DNA of 63,997 nt, the filler included, from Elsinoe ampelina (lineage: Eukaryota), in NCBI GenBank assembly GCA_010093995.1. It is 4 parts of 3 records of this genome, joined end to end, with 100 filler letters (N's around TTAATTAATTAA, not from the genome) between each part and the next. Parts side by side here need not be neighbours in the genome. Positions count along the whole stretch, not along the records: positions 1 to 28,070 come from ML992501.1; 3 more parts are not named here. One strand, written 5' to 3'. The notes below the pieces were generated by a model that did not search any database, had not been told where the DNA came from, and was given only the letters and a program-made list of their open reading frames with translations. This document shows, in pieces, positions 11,304-23,297 of this stretch. Made by a program: the position numbers and the translations under genes. The first letter of the stretch is position 1. Each line of letters begins with the position of its first letter.

Positions 11304-13037
11304 CTACTTGCCCCCCAAAATCTTCTCCGTCTGGTACAGATCCACATACTTGTCCACCTCCATCGCATACAACGACTTTGGATCATTCCCCAGCTTGACC
11401 AACTGATCCACTTTGGCCTTGTCAAAATGCGGCGTGATGTGCCTCAAATACTTTGCCATAATCTCGGGCTTGGCCTCCTCTCGCCTCCACTTGTGCCCCA
11501 GCGGCGCCTCCACCACCTCCTCTTCCAGCACCGTGCCGTCATTGAGCGTCACGGTCAAGGCGTTGCTGATGGTCCGCTTCTCGGGATCGTGGTAGTCGGC
11601 CGTGAACCGCGGGTCTTCGACGCAGGAGATGCGCTTGCGGAGGTCCTCCACGAGGGGCGAGGTGGCCGCCTCGCTGCTGTCGGTGTAGTCTGTCGCTTCG
11701 AGGCGGTCGAAGACGAACATTGTCGCGACCATGTACTGCACGCAGTGGTCGCGGTCGGCGAAGTTGTCCATTGCCTTGAACTGCTTGTCGATGATGCGGA
11801 TGCAGGCTTCGTGGGTGCGGTTGACGACGGATTTGATGTCGGCGGCGGATTTGCCCTGGTCGCGGAGTTTCTTGTTGATGCGCTTGGCGGCTTCGATGGC
11901 GGTTTGGGAGTGGAATTCGGCCGGGTACGAGACTTTGAAGAGGACGTTCTCCATGACGTATTCGCCGTAGGGACGCTGGAATTCGAATTTCTTGCCTTTG
12001 AAGAGGACGTCGTAGAAGCCCCAGGTGGGGGCGGAGAGGACGGTCGCCATGCCGCCTTCGCCGTTGAGGACTTTGAGGCAGAGGTTGACGGCGCGTTGGC
12101 AGGCGTCGCCTGCGGCCCAGCTCTTGCGGGACATGGTGTTGGGGGAGTGGCGGTATGTTCTCAAGCTTTGGCCGTCTACGAAGGCTTGGGAGATGGCGTC
12201 GCGGGTTTGGCTCTCGGTCATGCCCAGCATCTTGCTCACTACCGCGGTGGAGGCGACCTTGACGTTTACGACGTGGTCGAGGCCGACCTTGTTGAAGGAG
12301 TTTTCGAGGGCCAAGCATCCCTGGATCTCGTGTGCCTTGATCATACCCTCCAATACATCCTTGACGGTCAAGATCTTGCCCTGGCCAATGTTTCCCCCAG
12401 CACGATTGGTGCGGGATACCCAGTCGGCTACAGCGAGGATGGCTCCGAGGTTATCAGAGGGGTGGCCCCACTCGGCGGCGAGCCAGCAGTCGTTGAAGTC
12501 GAGCCATCGGATCATGGCACCGATGTTGAAAGCGCCATTGACAGGGTCGAGCTGGTAAGGGGTACCTGGTACCTTGGTGCCGTTGGGGACGACGGTGCCG
12601 GGGACGATTGGTCCGAGGTTGTTTGTGCAGTGGGGGAACTCGAGGGCCTTGAGACCGCAGCCGAGGGTGTCGAGGAAGACGAAGCGTGCAGTATCAAGCT
12701 AGGAGGTCAGCAATTGGCGGCCACGTTCTGGTCGAAGACGTACAGCAAGCTCAGAGTTGACCTGGTAGTTGTGGATGTAGTTGGCCATGTCCGAGATTTC
12801 AGAGTCAAATTCCCTTGCACCAGCACGAGGCTCGGCAGTAGCATCGCTGCTGGGCACGCTTTGCTTTGTCGTAGACATTGTGAATGCTCTCGAGGTTTGG
12901 AGGGTTGAAGAGACTGCAGGAGTTGGTCGGACGGTGCTCAGACGAGGGGTGGAGAAGCTTCCGGTTGTGCGGGCAGAAGATCTGGATGTGAGGGTCCTGA
13001 AGGCGGTCCTGCTGATGCGCTGAGCAGTCAGGGACAT
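11304..13037 (-). CDS. PDH1: Mitochondrial 2-methylcitrate dehydratase (MmgE/PrpD family)
   Basis: Motifs IRWLDFNDCWLAAEWGHPSDN, YRHSPNTMSRKSWAAGDA, FKVSYPAEFH and ADRDHC. R/S/T-rich targeting peptide. One intron at ~12699-12743. Confidence 0.96.
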
Positions 13038-13368
13038 TTCGTGGGTTTCTCAATGCCTCAAATTGAGCACGTCAAAGGGCAATGGATGGTGTTGACAGAG
13101 CAGAGCAATTTTTTGTTTGGAGAGGAGGGGGAGAAGCACCTCACATGCAGCAGGCCGTGTCCGTCATTTGCGCCGATGCAAGCCGATGCCAAGAACAGCC
13201 GAGGTTGATGGAATATCTACTAGTACTATTGATTACAGCTCAGGTATATCTCAGTTCTTCAACCTGAACCCCCTTGCTACTGATATACAAGCATTATCAA
13301 CATACCCAAGAATATTCTGAATGGTCATTGAGCTTGTGATCCTGCCTGGCTTTGCTGTCTCTGGCTTT

Positions 13369-14229
13369 TTAGCGCCTCGATCGCATGCTAATTCCCATCT
13401 GACTCAAGCATAGATCGCACAAGACTGCGTAGCATATGAGGCACTGGTATGTGCCGTGTCCGGTGTCCTCTGTGCACAAGTCACACTCGGTATCGTCAAT
13501 CAGGTGGATGAAGTCATGCTCGCATTCTCTGCCGTCAGGAGCAGAGCCGGTGCTACTTTCAGACGCTTCGCCCGAAGTGTCCCCAGTATTGCTTTTAACA
13601 GATGAGATCGCCTCTCTCGGCCGCTTGTCTGCAATGTGATGTCTCATCCGGAGGACTTGCGCATGGTACATTTGCTCGAATTGCCGCAGTATCAGGTCTG
13701 CATGTGATGTTCCAGCTTCTGCGGATTCCTGGGGCATGTCCTCGGTGGCGTGCTCGAATGGTTGCACCATCCTAGTTGTATAAGGTCGAGCAGTGTCGCA
13801 GGTGCACGCACTCCATTGCTCTCCACAAAAGTAACAGAATTCGAAACCACACGTGCAACTAAGAACAGTCAGCTCGGTTCCTGTCAACAATCATGACGGC
13901 ACTCACGTCATATGGCTGCAATCGCTTGTTAGCTCGAGCAAGATACCGCATCGACACCTCTGCCAGCCCTGGGCCTTAGCGGATGCCAGGAACTCGGTAT
14001 CTGTTTCTCCAAGTTCAATGTCGTGGTACCGGGCATCGACATTTGGGCGAAGTCTGCTAAAGATGCCACCCATGTCGATCAGCCCGTCGTGTGGTGTCTG
14101 GCTATTAATGTTGCCTTCCGAATCCCATTCGTTATGTTGGGCTCGCCTTGCCTTGTACTCGAAGCGGAGCGAGCGTGTAATCGACAAGGAGGAGAGCAAA
14201 GGAGCAAGACAGACCTGTATATCAACCAT
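13369..14229 (-). pseudogene. Truncated RBR (Ariadne-like) E3 ligase fragment: Rcat/RING2 module plus Cys-rich C-terminus
   Basis: GWQRCRCGILLELTSDCSHMT|CTCGFEFCYFCGEQWSACTC spans a canonical intron (~13860-13907). C-terminal CEH...CDLC...CLICYAVLCDLC. No intact RING1/IBR upstream, where the frames contain stops. Confidence 0.55.
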
Positions 14230-15922
14230 GATGCTGACTTCATAAGGACCAGATAGAATTCATTGTCGGCATGTACAGGGCAGTCGAGCTTACGGAGGCT
14301 ATTTCCTCGCAGCGGGTAGGTCCATTCAGAAGTCTACATGCTTGACCATCAACCTAGCATGTTCACCTAGCATGATGACCGTGAAGAAATCGTTCATTGC
14401 AACCTGCGAGCACAAGTGTTGCCGCCAACTTACAGTGGTCGTAGGGAGTCCTTGAGAATGGATTGAGCTGGAATGACATGTTACGGGCCAGTTCAGCTTG
14501 CTTTTCCCGGTAGCTCGTGAAGAAGCAACCAAGTGTTCAGAGGGGAAGATTTCCTGGATGGGCCACGACACTACTTGATCTGGATGGGCTTACGATCAAG
14601 TCAAGATAGACTGCAGGCAGTGACAGCAAAATGCGGCTCCTTCGGGATATTGCCCAACTCGTCAATACAGTAGCGAATCGCCCAGTCGTTTCCCACCACC
14701 ATGTTGAGAACCACGAGCCTGGATATCGTAAACTTTACGGCTAAAACTCAAAGAATTGACCAGCTTACAATCAGCGCTCCTCACATCTCCCGCGGGCTAA
14801 ATTTGAGCATGGCACACGTTTTTGATGGGATCCTCTGTGGCTGTCTGGGAAATGGTTGGGCGGCTCGTCGGACACGGTATCTCGTGCCAATCTACAGTAT
14901 CTCAAAACCACGAACCGAGCTATTCAAACACTAGCGATCACATTTGAGCCACTGTAGTCATCGATAACCGGGCTGCAGCTCAAAGAGATGAATGATGCAT
15001 CTCGAAGGGCAATCATTGCCAGACCAGGGCTACGACGCCGTTTCGACCGACCTCGATGCTGTGATGGCACAAGTCGTCGTCTCAGAATAACAGCCAAAAG
15101 CCAAGCTAGATCTCCTCTACCTACCTCATCATCAGCGGCTGCTTGTCAAAATGCTTGCGACCGCAGATCCACAACGAACTCTAGACGGCCCGACGAGATC
15201 CCAGAACTCTGATGGTGACAAGGTGTCGGAGAGCAAAAGGAACAGGCCAAAGGCGGCCTTGTCCTGCACTCAAAGCGGGCTGATCATTGTCGCTAGCGGC
15301 TTGACACTCCTAGTGTCGTCCCAAACAGTCGACAGCACACACTCTGGTGTCAATTTGGTGCCCCGTGGCCCCCCTGCCATGCACGTCGATCCACAAGCCG
15401 TCTTCTAGCCTGGAGCTTCCTCCTTCCCACCACTTGACACCACCGCCACGTCGAGAGTCCACCATGAACTATCAAGACGGCGTGGCCGCTATCTATCTTC
15501 CTTTTCAAAGCAAGATTTCTCGTTCTTCCTGCATGATAAAACCCTCAATCTGCTCTAGCGGCGGTCTCAACGCATCCCTGCCCGTGGCTGATTTTCCACT
15601 TCCGGACCACATGCATGTCGCAGGGAGCTCATCCTATCTCGACCGCGTCCCGTTTGTACAAACTTGGGTTTGCATGAGGCTTACAGCTGTATCCTGCAGG
15701 TTCCAGCTCAAATACTTTTCCTGTCCTGCATGCCCTTTCTCCTTATCACTCGTCTTCTCCCGGAAGTATTTCATTCTTCTTCCATTCCACTCGCTACTTT
15801 AACATAAACTGCACCGTGTTTCTCTGCATAACGACTTTACGACTCTAATCAAAGCCGAGACCGCTGTCTCGAACATTCAAATTGTACTATCGTCTATAAC
15901 GGTCCGCCGACTTCCAACGGTC

Positions 15923-17303
15923 ATGGCGACTCCTGTCCGCCAACCCTCTCCGGACAATGAGAACTCTACTTCTGCCAGAACTAACCCATTCACCACTCCA
16001 GCACAATCAATGCCTGCCTCAGCCATTGGGTCCACGACTGCCTCGTCGTATGGCGTTCAGCCTCCGACACAGCGATACTTCCACTCAAGACGTGTGAAGA
16101 AGGGAGAAGTCGAAAAGCCATGGTTGGACAAGGTTGATCCCAAGGAGAAGTGGGTCACCATCATCCCTCTCGTCGGTATCCTCGCCGGTCTGGCCGTCAC
16201 TGGTTTCCTCGTCTATGATGGTCTGAGGAGTGTGGCTCACAACAACTACTGCCCGGTATTGATGGAAGATTGGTCAAATGGATGGAACCCTGATGTCTGG
16301 ACAAAAGAGGTGGAGCTTGGTGGTTACGGGTCAGTAAGACGAAACTTGAGATGTGGACAAGTCTGACAATAGCAGTAACGGACAATTCGAGCAGACCACT
16401 GCTACCCAGGAGAATGTCTTCGTTCAGGATGGCATGCTCTACATCAAGCCGACTCTCCAGGATGCCTCTCTCATCGAGGAGGACTCCACCATCAACCTCC
16501 TCGCCGACGGTACCTGCACATCCACCCTCTGGCGTGACTGCGTAGTCTCCACCAACACCACCAATGGCACCATCGTCAACCCAGTCAAGTCCGGTCGTAT
16601 CAACACTAAGCTCGGCGCCAACATCAAGTTCGGAAAGGTCGAGGTCGAAGCCAAGCTGCCCGCTGGTGATTGGCTCTGGCCAGCCATCTGGATGATGCCC
16701 ACCGAGTCTGTCTATGGTGTCTGGCCAAGATCTGGTGAAATCGATATCATGGAATCTCGCGGTAACAACTACACCCATCCTCAAGGTGGTAACAACGTCA
16801 TCTCGTCGACCCTCCACTGGGGCCCTGTCCCGTCCGCCGATGGTTGGTTCCGCAACAACGTCAAGCGTCAGGCTCTGCACACCACCTACGCAAAGGGCTT
16901 CCACACTTTTGGTGTTGAGTGGTCCGAGAAGTACATGTTCTCCTACATCGACACCCGTCTCCTTCAAGTCATGTACGTCAACTTTGACACCACCTTCTGG
17001 GAGCGTGGAAACTTCCCTGCCGCCACCGACAACGGTACCGCCCTGATCAACCCATGGGGATCCGGCACAAAGGCCGCCCCCTTCGACCAGAACTTCTTCC
17101 TCATCATCAATGTAGCCGTCGGTGGCACCAACGGTTGGTTCGGTGATGGATTCCTCGGCAAGCCATGGGTCGATCTCGCCCCCAACGCCAAGCAGCAGTT
17201 CTGGGAGGGTCGCGACCAATGGTACCCTACCTGGCAGCCGGATGGACAGCTGATTGTCAAGAACGTCAAGATTTGGCAGCAACAGGGTCACAACGGTTGT
17301 TAA
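15923..17303 (+). CDS. Type II membrane-anchored GH16 (beta-1,3-glucanase / glucan-binding-protein-like)
   Basis: WLWPAIWMMP and the catalytic motif SGEIDIMESRGN; PFDQNFFLIINVAVGG; single TM helix near residues 77-98; intron at 16330-16375. Confidence 0.93.
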
Positions 17304-19347
17304 AAGCCTTCACTTCTTCAACCCACTGTTCTTCAGATACCTTTGGCTACTTTTTGGGGCCGGCGTCGGGCTTTGGTATGGGATGCGCATCATGACGGTC
17401 AACTTGATAATGCGCTGGCATGTGAATGTGATATAGATAGTTTCTTTGCATTTAGCACTACAGACAGAATCCAGAACAGAATTCTTCACGCCTCGACTTT
17501 AGCGACTTGCGTCTCAAGGACCGTGTCTCGTAGTGTTGTTCATGGTGGCGTCAACGTGAGTTGGAATCGCGGACACTCAGCAACGACACTATTGTTGAGG
17601 CACCGGTCTCATCTCCATCCATCGCCCGAGCTGTAGTTGTCGTTGAGTCTACATCCCGCTGCAGCATGCCGTCTATACACGTACATGCCATCCGCAGACT
17701 ACCAGACATGTACCGGACACTCGGCTGGACCAAGATCTCCGAATCCGTATATCAAATGTCAAGATCTGGGATAAATCAGAGTTGGCACTAAGCCTTGCGA
17801 GCTCACACTGAGGCTGTCAACCCTCACCAAACCGTTGGTCTAACCACGACCGGTGCAGCTCCGGGTTGCCTGTAGCAGCAATTAACGGTCCGCTCCAGAC
17901 TCTGCAGCAAATCTCATTTGAGACCGGCTGGATAAATTTTGTGCAGTAGATTGTTGCTAGAGGATACCGCCATGTTCCGGAGCCTGTATCTCGATTCTTC
18001 CATGCCAAGGGCAAGTTGACGAAGCAGCGGTATTGGAGAAGGTGAGGTGGAGTTCGGGATATGGGAGTCAGCGAAAGATGTTGCTGTACACACCTGCAGA
18101 CACAATACAGCACATCCCAAATCGGGTTGTCTCCCTTCATCGAACCAGCAGCACCATGCTCTTCATACTCCCACCTCTCTCCACGTCTCAAATGCCGCAG
18201 ATCATGCTGATATCTGGTATAGACAGAATCAAGCTCTGGCCGTTATCAAACGTCTACAAGCGAAACTAACCACTCATTTCTCACATCGTCTCTCCAGCAC
18301 AGCCAGGCAGCTCATGTTAGACAGATGTACAGGTCCAGAGCAGTCCAAGATCATCGATAAGAGACGGCATGAAAGAGATACTGATATCTTGGATGGTGTA
18401 AGATTGACAATCCGGGAGGGGAAGGCTGGGATCTGGGTGCTGAGTCAATGTAGATCAGCCACCTAGCACCTTCAATGTTGGATAACACCAAACAGATCCT
18501 ACCAGACAGCAATGAGTCTTTTACACCACTCGGAGAATTGAGTAAGCGGACGTAATGGTAAGGATGTCAGAAGAACAGCCTACACCCTCTGCTTGACCCG
18601 AGGTCCATCAGAAGTGGTCAAAGCAGAGAACTTTCCATGATCGAACTTCATTTGCTCATCCATACTTCTTCTATCCACATCCAGTATCAGGTCGATCATC
18701 AGTATCCATCTCCTTCTTCATCAATTCTCCTCACGATGTTTCTTGATGCTGAGTGGAGCATCTGCAAACCGTTGGTTTGTGTTTCTCATGTCAAACGTTA
18801 CTTCAACGTCACCGCTCACTAGTACACCTGCATCTGGCATTACCTGTACATTACACCACATACAATCGCAACGGTATTGTCTAGGAGCCAATATGCTTGA
18901 AACCGACTCTCAATAACCTCTTGGCCACTCAGTCCAGGTCCTCGGACCTATTCCACACCGGCCCAACGCCCTCGCAAATCATTCGTGCCGACCACAGGCC
19001 CAGGCATTGGTCGACACCGTTGTCCACCTTGAAGATATCAAGAATGCTGCTAGAGTAAGTAATCTCAACGGCGGCCCGTCGCTGTGCTGTTGCCGTCTCA
19101 TTGGTGTACCTGTGCTTCCCGAGCCCATTTCACTACCACGATTCCCCGATTGCTTCGTTCCCTTGTTTCTGCCCGTACACACTGCTCGTGTTGCGTAGAG
19201 GTATCTCACCTACAGTCTTTCGTTCATTACCATACCCACGCTCCCTTCACGTCAGCCGAAAGGCAGCAGTTGACAGTAGCAAGAGTAGGACACACTCACA
19301 CATAGATTGGGACTAATCGACCTTGACTGGTCCAGCCAACCGGCATA

Positions 19348-22300
19348 ATGGACTCTGTCAAGAACTACTTTGTGGGTGGCAAGCCCACACCCGAACAGGA
19401 TAAGGCAGCGAGGAGGGCTAGCAAACGCATGTCTATCAGGCAGAGCCGCCTTTCTGGAGTCCCGTCGACCATCGATGAATCTTCGCCCGCCCAACCCGAG
19501 TTCACCACTTTCGAGTCCTTTGGCCAGTCCATGGCCGAACGGCAATCTTTGCCAAAGTTCGAGCCCACGAACAACCACCGTTTCTCTCGATTCTCTTTCC
19601 TCAGCAATGTCACACAGGAATCCTCGGCAGAAGAGATCGAGGCTGCTAGGAAGTCCTTCCGTATGTCCATGTCCGGCTACTCGAGTAACAACCACAACCG
19701 CAGAACAACAATGTTCACCGATCACTCTGTAATGAGCGATATCGCCGAGTCAGTGGTGGAAGACAGCGTGGCCGGCAGTGACGAAAAGGAAGAGACGAGC
19801 GAAAACATTCTCGACGAACTCAAGCACGAAATCATGGTCAACTACCTTTTCCAACAACAATGTGCACGTCTCTGGATCGCCGACGGGACCGGTGAAGTCG
19901 AAGGTGTGATGCTCAAGAAGAGCAGAGGAAATTACTTGGCCTGTCCGCCGGCTCTCGCAGACTCATTGTTCGCCGACTCTTGCGTCGAGCTGAACGTGCA
20001 GTGTGCCATGACGGTTAACTCGCGTGTCATCAAGACCTTCTTGGCCTGGACGCCGGACGCTATCGATGTGCCCCTCACCAACGGTCTGCGTGTGCAGGTC
20101 TTACCAACAATGGAGGATCTGCCGGCGGCAAAGAAGCATCAGTTCGCCGCTTTCGTGGCCGACGAGGCATTGCTTGTTGTGTGGGATGACGACGTCCATA
20201 ACCTCATCAAGCGAGCGAAATTCATCGAGGATGAGCTGATGGAGCTGGTTTGGTCTTCGGGCGAGGAGGAGCAAGTGGAGGAGGAGGAGGGTGCGAAGAA
20301 AGGCCCTGGCGTTGTGGAGGCGAGATATGATCCTGTCACTGGAGAGGAGTTGCCAGAAGACCGACCCACGAACTTGCAGAACACAGTCCTGGTCTCGTTC
20401 ACACTTGTCATTATTCTTGGCCTTTTGGGTGCCGGTTTCCGTCAAGTGGCTATCGAGATCTCCGTCGACTACAACTGGTACCGTCTGTTCTTCTTCCTCC
20501 TCACACCCGTCCAGGTCTTCTTCACATTGGTAAGTCGGACCTACAGCCGATGGCTAGCGAAGCTGACCATCACAGTTCTTCGCCCAGGTTATTGTTGGAT
20601 GTACCGCACAAATCATCGGTCCCATCAAGCAAGTCACCTCAAACTCCCGATTCTACTCCGCCCTGCTTCCTCGCCGCATCACGCCAAAAGACGGCGAGCC
20701 GCTTCCCCATGTCACTATCCAATGCCCTGTGTACAAGGAGGGTCTTGAGGGTGTGATTGCCCCCACCGTCAAATCTGTCAAAGCCGCCATGTCGACCTAC
20801 GAACTTCAAGGCGGCTCCTGCAACATGTTATTCCACGACGACGGTCTCCAACTCATCGACGAAGAAGAACGCAACGCTCGCATCGACTTTTACACCGACA
20901 ACAACATCGGCTGGACCGCCCGTCCCAAGCACGGCTCCGAAGGCTTCGTCCGCAAGGGTAAATTCAAGAAAGCCTCCAACATGAACTTCGGCATGATGGT
21001 ATCCTGCAACGTCGAAGCCAAGCTAGAAAAAATCGACCGCCACGCCAACTGGAACCAGAACGACGAGGCCGAAGCGTACGGTACCGCACTTCAAGAAGTC
21101 CTCGACGAACACGGACGCGCGTGGGCCGACGGCAACATCCGCATGGGCGACTACATCATCATCATCGACTCGGACACCCGTGTACCAGAAGACTGTATCC
21201 TCGACGCCGTCTCCGAGATGGAGCGCTCCCCTTTCGTCGGCATCATGCAGTTCTCCTCCGGTGTCATGCAGGTCACATGGACTTTCTTCGAAAACGGCAT
21301 CACTTACTTCACCAACCTGATCTACTCTGCCATCAAGTACACCGTGGCCAACGGTGACGTGGCGCCTTTCGTCGGTCACAATGCGATTCTCAGGTGGCAA
21401 GCCATCCAGCAAGTCAGCTACTTCGACGAGGACGGGTATGAGAAGTTCTGGGCAGAAAACACCGTGTCCGAGGACTTCGACATGTCTCTCCGTCTGCAGT
21501 GTAACGGGTATGTCCCCCTTTCCCCTTCTCCCTCCCTCGCTACCCCATAGGTCTCCGCTAACAATCCCAGCTACATCATCCGCCTCGCCGCCTGGGCCGG
21601 CGAAGGCTTCCAAGAAGGCGTGTCGCTCACCGTGTACGACGAACTGGCTCGCTGGGAGAAATACGCCTACGGATGCAACGAGCTGCTCTTCCAACCGCTC
21701 TTGTACTGGTTCACGCAGGGACCGCTCACGCCGCTGTGCAAGGAGTTCTTGTTCTCGCAGATTCGTATGACTTCGAAGATTACGATCTTGTCGTACATCG
21801 GCACCTACTATGCTATTGGAGCTGCTTGGATTCTCACGCTCGTTAACTACTTTGCTATTGGTTGGTTCAACGGGTATCTCGGTATGTGCACAGGGAATGA
21901 GTGGGTGGAATTGAGCTGACGATCTGGCAGACAAGTACTACCTCGACTCCTGGAATGTGTGGTTCGGTCTCGTCATCGTCTTCGTCGGTCTCGGAAACGT
22001 GTCTCTGGCTGTCATGAGATATCGTATCGGCGAGGCTACGCTGATTGGGTCTTTCCTGGAGAACATCAAGTGGATTCCTATGTTCGTTGTTTTCTTGGGT
22101 GGTCTCTCTATTCATGGTAAGTCAAGCCTTTCTACTCTTCCGAAGGACGAATCTAACGTCGCAACAGTCTCTCAAGCTCTACTGTCGCACATGTTCATCT
22201 GGGAGGTACGTCATTCCGCCCTCGTCGTCGCCGCTGGTCGGGGTCGGCTTCCATGCCTTCCCCGGCCACCACCGACCTCAAAACTTGATCTAGAAACATG

Positions 22301-22672
22301 CTAACATGCTCAGATGTCCTGGGGCAGCACGGTGAAGGAAGCGGCGTTCAGTAATGCCCGTGCGTTTAATCATATCAACCTTGTCCTGAAATTGCTCACT
22401 GCAGCTCCGGAAAGGTCCCCCCCTCGTTTGAACTTCTACTGACACTCTCTGCAGTCATCGAGCTTCAACTGATCTGGGGCGGATACCGCAACACCCTTTT
22501 CATATCGGTACTTTGTCTCTCTTGCATGTTGATCCTCGGAACCGCCTCCTTTGTACCCTACGACTGGAAGATCAACTCCTTCTTGGCTTGGTGGCCCATG
22601 CTGTCTTGTTGGATGTCGCATCTTCTGTTGCCCATCGCGTTGAACCCAGCGCTGATGACCTTCTCCTTCTAA
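19348..22672 (+). CDS. Processive GT2 glycosyltransferase (multi-TM glucan synthase-like), about 7 exons
   Basis: Motifs KKASNMN, IIDSDTRVP, VGHNAILRW, VSEDFDM and ELARWEKYAYG (ExxRW). The spliced model ends ...LLPIALNPALMTFSF* at 22672. Confidence 0.92.
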
Positions 22673-23297
22673 GCGATCCGGAGAGTCCGGTATCGACTTT
22701 GATGTGTTTTTGCACGGGGTGGCAAATTTTTGCTATCCGGGTGGACGCCAAGCCTTACGACGCCAACGAGCTGTCGAGGGCATTCTTTCCTTTGTCAGAA
22801 CAAGCATCATATCATGTACATATAGACAGAGAGCACTGTAGAGCGTCTTGTAAGACTACTACCCAGATCATGCATATCGAGGTTTCCGACCTTTCACAAC
22901 AGTGCAAGCATACGCAGTTCCTGTGATACCGTGCTGGTTTGAACTGACTATAAAACCATCACTGAAAATCCAGTGAGCCAATCACAATTACCTCTGCCGC
23001 CACGATTTGCTGCTCGGTATAGTCAGCCTTACAGAGTGTAACTGCAGGTGCCAAGGGGGCTGCAGTGCCACGGAACTACCTAGCAGTCAGAAGCATATCA
23101 CCGAGCAAGTCTCTTAATATGCCATCGATGAGATACGCATGTGAGTCTGAGTAGAAGATAAGCTATGTAAGGAAGATGCATTGACATTGTGGCTGGGAAG
23201 GCGCTTGTATCTGATCATGTTCGAGGAGACTACTTTCCGCTCCCAGTAGATTCTGCCACGGTGATAGTACCGCCGGCTGTCAATTGTATGTCGTGCC

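Noticed and set aside
11160..12908. 582-aa plus-strand ORF
   Set aside because: Antisense shadow of the codon-biased PDH1 gene; no recognisable motifs.
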